This document shows positions 9,155 through 17,205 of a DNA stretch of 22,193 nucleotides, one piece after another. How positions within the stretch are numbered: the stretch's first letter is position 1; every line of letters begins with the position of its first letter. The position numbers were made by a program, and so were the translations under genes. Below the pieces are notes generated by a model. The model made no database searches. It saw nothing but the letters and a program-made list of their open reading frames with translations, and was not told the DNA's origin. The DNA comes from Pseudomonadota bacterium (GTDB taxonomy: Bacteria; Pseudomonadota; Alphaproteobacteria; RF32; CAG-239). The stretch spans positions 1-22,193 of the forward strand of contig CAKJXZ020000049.1 in the NCBI GenBank assembly GCA_918234285.1. Reading direction: 5' to 3'.

Positions 9155-9865
9155 TTATTTATAGGCGTAGAGGCTTTTACCATAGCGTTTGAGCCAAATA
9201 CGGCCGCGGCTCCATTCCGGGCATAACGATGCAACACATGCCCAGAATTCGTCGGAATGATCAGGGTGCTTGAGGTGCGATACTTCGTGTGCCATCAGAT
9301 AATCAATCACAAAATCGGGCGCCAGGGCAATTCGCCAACTGTAATTGATATGTTTTAAGGAAGAGCAGCTTCCCCAACGCGAAGTAGTGTCTTTGATGCT
9401 GACACCGCTTAATTTTTGGCCGAGTTTATCTGCTAATTCTTTAGAACGTGCATAAAATTCTTCCTGTGCGCGTTTTTTGATATAATCTTTGACTCTGCGG
9501 TGAATGAATTCGGCCTCGCCGGAAACGCAGAGTTTGTTTTCCTCCGGCCAAACACCGCGCCGGGCCTCCGGATGATGCTCCACCGTGACGCTTTGTCCGA
9601 ACAGCAAAAAATCAGTGCCTGCGGCAAAATATTTTATTTCCGGAAGTTTGTTTAGAGATTTGATAATCCAATCGGTGTGTTCGGTTACAAAATTTATGGC
9701 TTGTCGGCGCGAACAAAAACGCGGCACGGAAAGCACCGGTACCCGCTCTTTTTCATCTATCTTGAGCGTGAGCTTGCGTCCCGAGCGCGATTGCACCACC
9801 TTAATATCCATACCGACGGCTTCGGCAATATCAAAGGTCTTGCCAGTCAACAATGTGATCTTCAT
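9155..9865 (-). CDS. M48/YgjP (DUF45)-like zinc-dependent hydrolase
   Basis: SRWGSCS, YSWRI, and DYLMAHEVSHLKHPDHSDEFW containing HExxH. Confidence 0.9.
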   Translation of the reverse strand: MKITLLTGKTFDIAEAVGMDIKVVQSRSGRKLTLKIDEKERVPVLSVPRFCSRRQAINFVTEHTDWIIKSLNKLPEIKYFAAGTDFLLFGQSVTVEHHPEARRGVWPEENKLCVSGEAEFIHRRVKDYIKKRAQEEFYARSKELADKLGQKLSGVSIKDTTSRWGSCSSLKHINYSWRIALAPDFVIDYLMAHEVSHLKHPDHSDEFWACVASLCPEWSRGRIWLKRYGKSLYAYK

Positions 9866-10334
9866 AGTCTTTTACCTTTGTTTCGTTGACCAATTCGCGG
9901 CCACTGAGCGAGTTTCCCGATTCCGTTACGCTGGAGGCTTTGCCGGTTATAAGCGGATGCCAATCCGGCAAGTCATGGCCGTTGTCTAAGAGCCAATAAG
10001 CGCAGGTTTTCGGCAACCAACGCGGTTTTTCGCGCACGGCTTCAAGGTTTATATCACGGCAATCAGGCACCGCTTCAAAGCGATGTTCGTAGATTTTGCA
10101 CAGACAGCTGTTACAATCCAAAAAGCGGCAATATGTATTGGTAAAGTGAATTTTACCTTTGATTTCCAGTTTGTTTAGGCAACATTTGCCGCAACCATCG
10201 CACAGAGCTTCCCATTCTGCTTTGTTCATTTCTTCGAGTTTTTTATGCTTCCAAAATTCCGGCTCAAGCTTTTTGGCTTCATCGACACGCATTTGCGGAT
10301 TATAAGCTTCGTCTATGGCGTAGTCTTTACTCAT
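9831..10334 (-). CDS. YcgN family (CxxCxxCC) cysteine-cluster protein, copy 2 (167 aa)
   Basis: EWEALCDGCGKCC, C..YEHRFEAVPDC, WLPKTCAY and LPDWHPLITG. Start moved to the ATG at 10334 (GGAGG RBS); the upstream ORF extension merely reads through the palindrome. Confidence 0.92.
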   Translation of the reverse strand: MSKDYAIDEAYNPQMRVDEAKKLEPEFWKHKKLEEMNKAEWEALCDGCGKCCLNKLEIKGKIHFTNTYCRFLDCNSCLCKIYEHRFEAVPDCRDINLEAVREKPRWLPKTCAYWLLDNGHDLPDWHPLITGKASSVTESGNSLSGRELVNETKVKDYEDHIVDWQDL

Positions 10335-10352
10335 AAATCCTCCCAAAGTCCT

Positions 10353-10459
10353 CGTCATCCTGAGGCAAAGCCGAAGGATCCAGCAACGCTGAAAGCGTTG
10401 TTTTGTCCCAGAGGACAAAATGAATTCTTCGCTTCGCTGTAGCTACGCTCAGAATGACG
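10353..10459. repeat. Inverted doublet of CGTC-tagged palindromes (107 bp)
   Basis: Termini CGTCATCCTGAG and CTCAGAATGACG form an 11/12 inverted match. Internal hairpins CAACGCT-GAA-AGCGTTG and TTTTGTCC-CAGA-GGACAAAA. Confidence 0.85.
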
Positions 10460-10474
10460 GTTAACGCCTTATCA

Positions 10475-10765
10475 CTATAATAAGCTGTCATACAAATCAT
10501 CCCAGTTTTTATTATTTTTTTCAATCAATTCAATCTTGCGCTTTCTAAGCCATCCTTTTAAGGTTTTCTCTCTCTTGATTGCCTGTGTCATATCATCAAA
10601 CATTTCATAGTAAACAAGCATCTTTACATTATACCTTTTAGTAAAACCGCTGAAAATTTCCTGCTTATGTTCATAGATGCGCCTAACTAAGTCAGAAGTA
10701 ACCCCCGTATACAGCGTTCCGTTTTTTTTACTTGCTAAAACATAAATACAGGGTTGCTTTTTCAT
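10475..10765 (-). CDS. Small stand-alone GIY-YIG nuclease (96 aa)
   Basis: CIYVLAS..NGTLYTGVTSDLVRRIYEH...FTKRYNV..LVYYE...AIKREK.LK.W.R..K..LIE..N..W.DL; AT-richer than neighbouring genes. Confidence 0.93.
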   Translation of the reverse strand: MKKQPCIYVLASKKNGTLYTGVTSDLVRRIYEHKQEIFSGFTKRYNVKMLVYYEMFDDMTQAIKREKTLKGWLRKRKIELIEKNNKNWDDLYDSLL

Positions 10766-11148
10766 AAATCCTCCCAGTCGACGATGTAATACTCCAAATC
10801 CTCGTCTTTGACATCAAGTTCGGAAACCGTACGACCTTTAAGCGGTTTAAGCGGTTGCTCTTTATAATTTTTATCGAACAGTTTGCGATAGGCGCAGGTT
10901 TTCGGCATATACGGCAATTTATCGACGTTTTCCGGTGTCAGTTTTGTGCAGTTCGGTACCAGTTCGCAACGTTTTTCGTATACACGGCAACGGCGGTTTT
11001 CCATATCGTAATATTGGCAGAGCACATTGGTGTGATACAACTTCCCGGTGTCGGCATCTTCGAGCGTCATCATACAGCACTTGCCGCAATTATCACAGAT
11101 TGCTTCCCATTCTTTTTCACTGATTTTTTGCCAATCACTTTTATCCAT
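10762..11148 (-). CDS. YcgN family (CxxCxxCC) cysteine-cluster protein, copy 1 (128 aa)
   Basis: EWEAICDNCGKCC, CRVYEKRCELVPNC, YMPKTCAYR. Start moved to MDKSDW, which overlaps the dnaB stop. Confidence 0.9.
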   Translation of the reverse strand: MDKSDWQKISEKEWEAICDNCGKCCMMTLEDADTGKLYHTNVLCQYYDMENRRCRVYEKRCELVPNCTKLTPENVDKLPYMPKTCAYRKLFDKNYKEQPLKPLKGRTVSELDVKDEDLEYYIVDWEDL

Positions 11149-12613
11149 GCTGTTCCGGTAACCTTTCATCTTCGGCAAAATTGCGGAACAAAGTAAATTC
11201 GCCGTCCCAACCGAGTTTTACCGTTCCGGTCGGGCCGTGACGCTGTTTGCCGATAATCACTTCAGCCTGGTGCGCGGTGTTGCGGTCGCGGATTTCCCAT
11301 TCTGCGTGCTTTTTATTGAATGCTTCCTCCGATTCGTTTTCGGAGCGTTTCGGTTCGGAATTATGAATATAGTAGTTCTCGCGGAATACGAACATTACGA
11401 TATCGGCATCTTGCTCAATGGAACCGGATTCGCGCAAATCCGACATTTGCGGTTGTTTATCTTCACGCGATTCAACACTACGGTTAAGTTGGGAGAGGGC
11501 AATTACCGGAATTTTCAGCTCTTTGGCCAATATTTTCAGACCGCGGGAGATTTCCGAAACTTCTTGCACGCGGTTACCTTCGCTCTTCTTATCACCGGTA
11601 CCGCCGATGAGTTGAATATAGTCAATCACAATCAATCCCAAACCCTTGGTACGTTTCAGCCGACGCGCACGCGAGCGAATGGCATTAATACTTACTCCCG
11701 GAGTATCGTCGATATACAGCGGAATATTGGCTAGCTCACGAGTTGCGCCGGCAATTCGCATCATAGCAGCTTCATCCAAATCGCCGACACGCATTTTGTG
11801 GCTGGAAATCTGAATGGTGCTGGAAAGAATACGCGCTGCCAATTCGTCGGCCGACATTTCAAGCGAGAAAAAGGCTACGCCGCGCTTTTCCGGCGGAGTG
11901 TTTTTATCGCGTGCAAAAAAATCGGCAACGTTATAGGCAATATTGGTGGCAAGCGCGGTTTTTCCCATGGCCGGACGCCCTGCCAGAATAATCAAATCAG
12001 AGTCGTTCAAACCGCCGATTTTGTAGTCAAGCTGATTTAAACCGGTCGGAACTCCGGAGATTCGCCCACCTTTTTGATAGGCTTTTTCAATGGTGGTGTA
12101 GGATGAAGCCAACGCAGTACCGAAATCCATAAACCCGCCCTGAGTATCACCTTGTTCGGCCAGATTATACAGTGATTTTTCGGCCTCGCTGATTTGCTCG
12201 GTGGCCGACGTTTCCAAACTTTCTTCCATCGCACTGTTAATGATTTCGTAGCCGGTGTTGATAAGTTCGCGACGCAAGTATCTGTCATAGATAAACTGCG
12301 CATAATGCTCCACATTGGTCAGCGGCGAGGCGCTTTCTGCCAACTTAACCAAGTACGGAAAACCTCCGACCTGCTCGAGCGTGCCTTCCTGCTCAAAATA
12401 GCTCTTGAGTGTAATGATATCTGCGGTGCGTTCGCCGGCAAGCAACTTGCTCATCGCCTTATAAATTTTGCGGTGAGTGGCATCGGCAAAGTGCTCCGGC
12501 TTTAAAATGTCGCCGATTTTTTCATAAAATTTGTTATTGGCGAGCAACGCGCCGAGCACCGCTTGTTCGGCCTCAATATTTTGCGGCAATTTTGTAATAT
12601 CAGGTTTTTCCAT
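11141..12613 (-). CDS. dnaB: Replicative DNA helicase
   Basis: PQNIEAEQAVLG, AGRPAMGKT, FSLEMS, IDYIQL, LSQLNR, DLRESGSIEQDAD and KQRHGPTG. No intein seen. Confidence 0.99.
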   Translation of the reverse strand: MEKPDITKLPQNIEAEQAVLGALLANNKFYEKIGDILKPEHFADATHRKIYKAMSKLLAGERTADIITLKSYFEQEGTLEQVGGFPYLVKLAESASPLTNVEHYAQFIYDRYLRRELINTGYEIINSAMEESLETSATEQISEAEKSLYNLAEQGDTQGGFMDFGTALASSYTTIEKAYQKGGRISGVPTGLNQLDYKIGGLNDSDLIILAGRPAMGKTALATNIAYNVADFFARDKNTPPEKRGVAFFSLEMSADELAARILSSTIQISSHKMRVGDLDEAAMMRIAGATRELANIPLYIDDTPGVSINAIRSRARRLKRTKGLGLIVIDYIQLIGGTGDKKSEGNRVQEVSEISRGLKILAKELKIPVIALSQLNRSVESREDKQPQMSDLRESGSIEQDADIVMFVFRENYYIHNSEPKRSENESEEAFNKKHAEWEIRDRNTAHQAEVIIGKQRHGPTGTVKLGWDGEFTLFRNFAEDERLPEQHG

Positions 12614-12695
12614 TTTCAGCTTTCATTCATAAATTTTCGTGTATGTTTTGTTATAAACAAACGGGCTGTTTTTGGTATAAAAATCTTTTAAAAAC

Positions 12696-12704
12696 TGTGG
12701 ATAA
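12696..12704 (-). promoter_or_regulatory. Perfect DnaA box upstream of dnaB
   Basis: TGTGGATAA (TTATCCACA on the minus strand), 82 bp upstream of the dnaB start. Confidence 0.65.
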
Positions 12705-12771
12705 CGGGTATAATTTCAATATAGTCCGCAAAAGCAATAAAATACGTGTTTACGCATTGAAAATACGATGT

Positions 12772-13641
12772 TTATTCTTCTTTACCGATACCTTGATGCT
12801 TTTTCCAAGCCGCGTAGGAAGCTTTTCTTTTTTTGCTCTCTTCCTCGCGTTGCATTTTGCGCTTTTCGCGTTCACTCAATTCCGGATTAGGGGAATCTTC
12901 AAATTCTTTAGAATTCGGCAGTTTCAGCCTTACCCGACATTTTGTCTTTATAAGTTCTTCATAGGCTGACTGGTCAACCTTTGACATATCAATGGATTTT
13001 TGAAAATGTTGCAGTTCGTGCGTAGGCACCTTGAGACCTTCACCCCGATATGCCGCCAGTTTATCTTTAACCTCATTGACGCGTATAACAGTTCCTATTG
13101 CGAGAATAGAGTTAACATCGGCGTTTGCCTGAACTTCTTGTATTTTGTGTGAAATCGCTTCGCGCACCGCCATCTCCAGCTCAATCAGACGGCCGTCAAG
13201 TCGAGACGCTCCTTTTGGAGGATAATCTACAAACAAGGAATCATCACTTGCTCCGTATGTGCCGTCAGGATTTTTGCAAAAATAACTCTCAAAAGCCTCC
13301 GGATCATCGGGATCAAACGGCTGGTCCAAAAGCTGAGCATAATCCAGAACCTTGTCCTCGGATTTGGCTTTTCCCGGCAGAGTTTTGACGGTACGACGCT
13401 CATACTTCAGCAGGGGTTCTTTAGCGGACAATATTTTTAAAAAACCGGAACGGGTAATTTTTTCAACATTGCAATTATAATCAATAGTATCTTTCATCCA
13501 TGTATCAACACTCGGATAATAAGTGAACACCATTTCCTCATTTTGGGCGAGCGGCAGACGCATAACCGCCTTTTGCACACCGCCCTGTTTGTTGGTGGTC
13601 AGTTCAAATTTCGGTTCGTTATCTTCGGTTTCTTCCGCCAT
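12772..13641 (-). CDS. Hypothetical protein, paralogue B, C-terminus YAAWKKHQGIGKEE
   Basis: 289-aa ORF with AAGGA RBS; shares blocks and tail with the adjacent ORF. No family recognised. Confidence 0.85.
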   Translation of the reverse strand: MAEETEDNEPKFELTTNKQGGVQKAVMRLPLAQNEEMVFTYYPSVDTWMKDTIDYNCNVEKITRSGFLKILSAKEPLLKYERRTVKTLPGKAKSEDKVLDYAQLLDQPFDPDDPEAFESYFCKNPDGTYGASDDSLFVDYPPKGASRLDGRLIELEMAVREAISHKIQEVQANADVNSILAIGTVIRVNEVKDKLAAYRGEGLKVPTHELQHFQKSIDMSKVDQSAYEELIKTKCRVRLKLPNSKEFEDSPNPELSEREKRKMQREEESKKRKASYAAWKKHQGIGKEE

Positions 13642-13655
13642 ATCTTATTCCTTGT

Positions 13656-14444
13656 TTATTCTTCTTTACCGATGCCTTGATGTTTTTTCCAGGCCGCGTA
13701 TTGCTTGCGTCGTTCTTCCTGCTTTGCGGCGCGTTGTTGCTCTTTGGTTAAAACCGGCGTAATAATACTTTGGTCCGGTTCTACCGTCGGCATTTTTCTC
13801 ACAGCTTTATCCACCCGCTTCCATACAGCTTCGTATGATTCCTCGGCGTGGCCGGTTACCGGATACATCGGGCGTGCCGGAGTCTGCTGTATGCGCTCAG
13901 GATGTTTTACGTTTGCGATTTCTTCCGCTTTTATGGCGATTCGTTCACGGAATGCCTTGTCTAAATCCACAATAAGCCACTTGACATCGTTATCGGCTTT
14001 ATCAAGCTTGACATCAACACCATGATGCGGAGTTAGGGATAAGGATAGGGATATTTCAAAAGTTTCTTTTTTTATGTTGTTATGGTCAAACACCCGCATT
14101 TCTTTAAGTTCTTTGCTGCTGTAGTGTTTGCGGTCATAATCGCACCCGTTGCGGAAAGTATATTTCAGTATAGGCTTTTTTACACCCAGTTTACGCAAAA
14201 ATTCGCTGTCGGACAATTCATCAACCTGTACAGCATTGAAATATCTTTCTCCGTCGCCGTGATGCTCGGAATCTACCTCATATGAAAATTTGTAAAACTT
14301 ATCGTTATAATCATAATATGCTACAACCTCGGCTTTGGTAATACCGTTGTCGTTGGTGGTATATTCGATGTCCCAAACGTTCTTTGCATGCGTTACGGCT
14401 CTGGCGTGGGAACAATCTCTTTCGTATGCATCATCATTTTCCAT
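13656..14444 (-). CDS. Hypothetical protein, paralogue A, C-terminus YAAWKKHQGIGKEE
   Basis: Start moved to MENDDAY (AAGGA upstream), giving 262 aa. Homologous to the downstream ORF. Confidence 0.85.
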   Translation of the reverse strand: MENDDAYERDCSHARAVTHAKNVWDIEYTTNDNGITKAEVVAYYDYNDKFYKFSYEVDSEHHGDGERYFNAVQVDELSDSEFLRKLGVKKPILKYTFRNGCDYDRKHYSSKELKEMRVFDHNNIKKETFEISLSLSLTPHHGVDVKLDKADNDVKWLIVDLDKAFRERIAIKAEEIANVKHPERIQQTPARPMYPVTGHAEESYEAVWKRVDKAVRKMPTVEPDQSIITPVLTKEQQRAAKQEERRKQYAAWKKHQGIGKEE

Positions 14445-14537
14445 TTTCGGTTCCTTTGCTGCAGCAAACATATTATAAGCAAATGGTAGCACAGAAAAAT
14501 TAATTTGTCTATAATTTTCGGTAAAAATTAAGAAAAC

Positions 14538-14978
14538 CTATTCGCGATGATACGGATGATGGTTGATGATAGTCTGAATGCGATAGATTTGCTCGCACAA
14601 AACCGCCCGCATCAAAATATGGGGCAGGGTGAGTTTGCCGAACGAGAGGATTAAATCGGCCGTATCGCGGGTGGATTGCAAATGTCCGTCGGCACCGCCG
14701 ATTAAAAAGCAGATTTCGGAGCAACCGTCGTTGAGCCAGCTTTCAACCTTTGCTGCCAGTTCCATACTGGAAATATTAACTCCGCGCTCGTCCAGAACAA
14801 TCACTTTGGCGCCGTGCGGAATCGAACTTTGCAAAAATTTGGCTTCGTCGTTTTGATTGGAATTATCTTGTTCTTTAATCACGACATCCCAGCCGGAACG
14901 CTTGATATATTCGGCAATAATTGACGCTTCCGGCGCATTTTTTTTGCATTTTCCGATGGCGATAATCGTGACTTTCAT
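14538..14978 (-). CDS. rlmH: 23S rRNA (pseudouridine1915-N3)-methyltransferase
   Basis: LDERG, FLIGGADG, TLPH and EQIYR...HPYHRE; follows rsfS. Confidence 0.97.
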   Translation of the reverse strand: MKVTIIAIGKCKKNAPEASIIAEYIKRSGWDVVIKEQDNSNQNDEAKFLQSSIPHGAKVIVLDERGVNISSMELAAKVESWLNDGCSEICFLIGGADGHLQSTRDTADLILSFGKLTLPHILMRAVLCEQIYRIQTIINHHPYHRE

Positions 14979-14997
14979 CAGGTGTTTCTTTCTTATG

Positions 14998-15025
14998 GAG
15001 ATTCTTCGCGTTGCTCAGAATGACG
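14998..15025 (-). repeat. Solo CGTC-tagged palindrome between rsfS and rlmH
   Basis: Minus strand reads CGTC-ATTCT-GAG-CAACG-CGA-AGAAT-CTC; shares GCTCAGAATGACGG and ATTCTTCGC with 10424-10460. Confidence 0.8.
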
Positions 15026-15033
15026 GAGCTATA

Positions 15034-15384
15034 TTATTTTTCTCTCAAATTGGCGGCAGATTGCCACATTTTTTCGAGATTATAAAACTCGCGTACTTCC
15101 GGACGGAAAATATGCACAATCACATCAAAGGCATCAATCAGCACCCAATCGGCTCTTTCTGCGCCTTCGGAAGAACTCTTATGACCGGCCGCTTTGAGAT
15201 TTTCTTCGATTTTTTGCGCAATGGAAGCAACGTGCCGATTTGAGTTACCGCTGGCAACCACCATATAACTGGCAATCGAGGTTTTGCCTTCCAAATCAAT
15301 CACTACCACATCTTCGGCCTTCATATCGTCGAGCGAGTCGGTAATGATTTTCAAAATCGCGTTATTTTCTTTTTTGCTTGTCAC
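15034..15384 (-). CDS. rsfS: Ribosome silencing factor
   Basis: LDDMKAEDVVVIDL, SNRHV and WVLIDAFDVIVHIFRPEVREFYNLEKMW; GTG start. Confidence 0.96.
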   Translation of the reverse strand: MTSKKENNAILKIITDSLDDMKAEDVVVIDLEGKTSIASYMVVASGNSNRHVASIAQKIEENLKAAGHKSSSEGAERADWVLIDAFDVIVHIFRPEVREFYNLEKMWQSAANLREK

Positions 15385-15400
15385 TTTTGTTCTCCTTAAA

Positions 15401-16468
<1,068 letters not shown>

Positions 16469-16475
16469 TTAAAGT

Positions 16476-16506
16476 AAAAATAAAGGGGCATTACGCCCCT
16501 TGTATT
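16476..16506 (-). terminator. Terminator/attenuator between rpmA and obgE
   Basis: AAGGGGC-ATTAC-GCCCCTT stem with a T-rich tail on the minus strand. Confidence 0.7.
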
Positions 16507-16521
16507 CAATCGCTTCAAAAA

Positions 16522-16776
16522 TTATTCGGCAACGACGGAAACATAAACCTTGTCGTCAGCCTTGGTTTTGAATTCAACCTTGCCTTCGGAAGTAGCAAAA
16601 ATCGTATGATCTTTACCCAGGCCAACATTCTGTCCCGGATGATACTTGGTACCGCGTTGACGAATGATGATGTTGCCAGGGATAACCGCTTCACCGCCGA
16701 ATTTTTTCACACCCAGACGACGACCTTCGGAATCGCGGCCGTTACTGGAGCTACCACCTGATTTCTTATGTGCCAT
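16522..16776 (-). CDS. rpmA: 50S ribosomal protein L27
   Basis: [24 protein letters not shown] and IIRQRGT. Confidence 0.99.
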   Translation of the reverse strand: MAHKKSGGSSSNGRDSEGRRLGVKKFGGEAVIPGNIIIRQRGTKYHPGQNVGLGKDHTIFATSEGKVEFKTKADDKVYVSVVAE

Positions 16777-16795
16777 AACGTTTTCTCCCTATAAA

Positions 16796-17095
16796 TTAAC
16801 CTAAAATATCCGTGATTTTAACAATCGTGATATTCTGTCTGTGACCGTTTTTACGACGATAGTTCTGTCTTCTCTTTTTCTTGAAAACAATAACTTTAGC
16901 GTCTTTTGCCTGTTTTACAACCAAAGCCTTAACGCTTGCACCCTTAACGAGCGGAGTTCCGATTGTGGAATCGAGCGCCAAAACTTCGTTGAAAACAACT
17001 TCTTTTCCTTCTTCACCGGCGATTTTTTCAATTTTTACAACGTCGCCCGTAGTGACGTTATACTGTTTACCGCCTGTCTTAATTACTGCGTACAT
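16796..17095 (-). CDS. rplU: 50S ribosomal protein L21
   Basis: [12 protein letters not shown] and [17 protein letters not shown]. Confidence 0.99.
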   Translation of the reverse strand: MYAVIKTGGKQYNVTTGDVVKIEKIAGEEGKEVVFNEVLALDSTIGTPLVKGASVKALVVKQAKDAKVIVFKKKRRQNYRRKNGHRQNITIVKITDILG

Positions 17096-17135
17096 ATCCT
17101 TTTCCTTTAATTTTAAACATAAAGCAATGGCTTGT

Positions 17136-17163
17136 AATATACATAAGTTTTTTGCGCTGTCAA
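17136..17163 (-). promoter_or_regulatory. Putative sigma70 promoter of rplU-rpmA
   Basis: TTGACA-N16-TATATT on the minus strand. Confidence 0.6.
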
Positions 17164-17205
17164 CCTAAAAATAACGATTTTTTAATTTTTTTTGGAATCC
17201 TCAAA

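Larger units (their letters stand above)
10331..10776 (-). mobile_element. Putative GIY-YIG + palindrome cassette bounded by a 15-bp direct repeat
   Basis: TCATAAATCCTCCCA occurs identically at 10331-10345 and 10762-10776. Between the copies lie only the GIY-YIG gene and the CGTC palindrome doublet. Confidence 0.6.

Noticed and set aside
10335-10524. N-terminal extension of ycgN-2 and small ORFs at 10245-10442 and 10327-10524
   Set aside because: They arise from reading through the palindrome. The ATG at 10334 has a proper GGAGG RBS.
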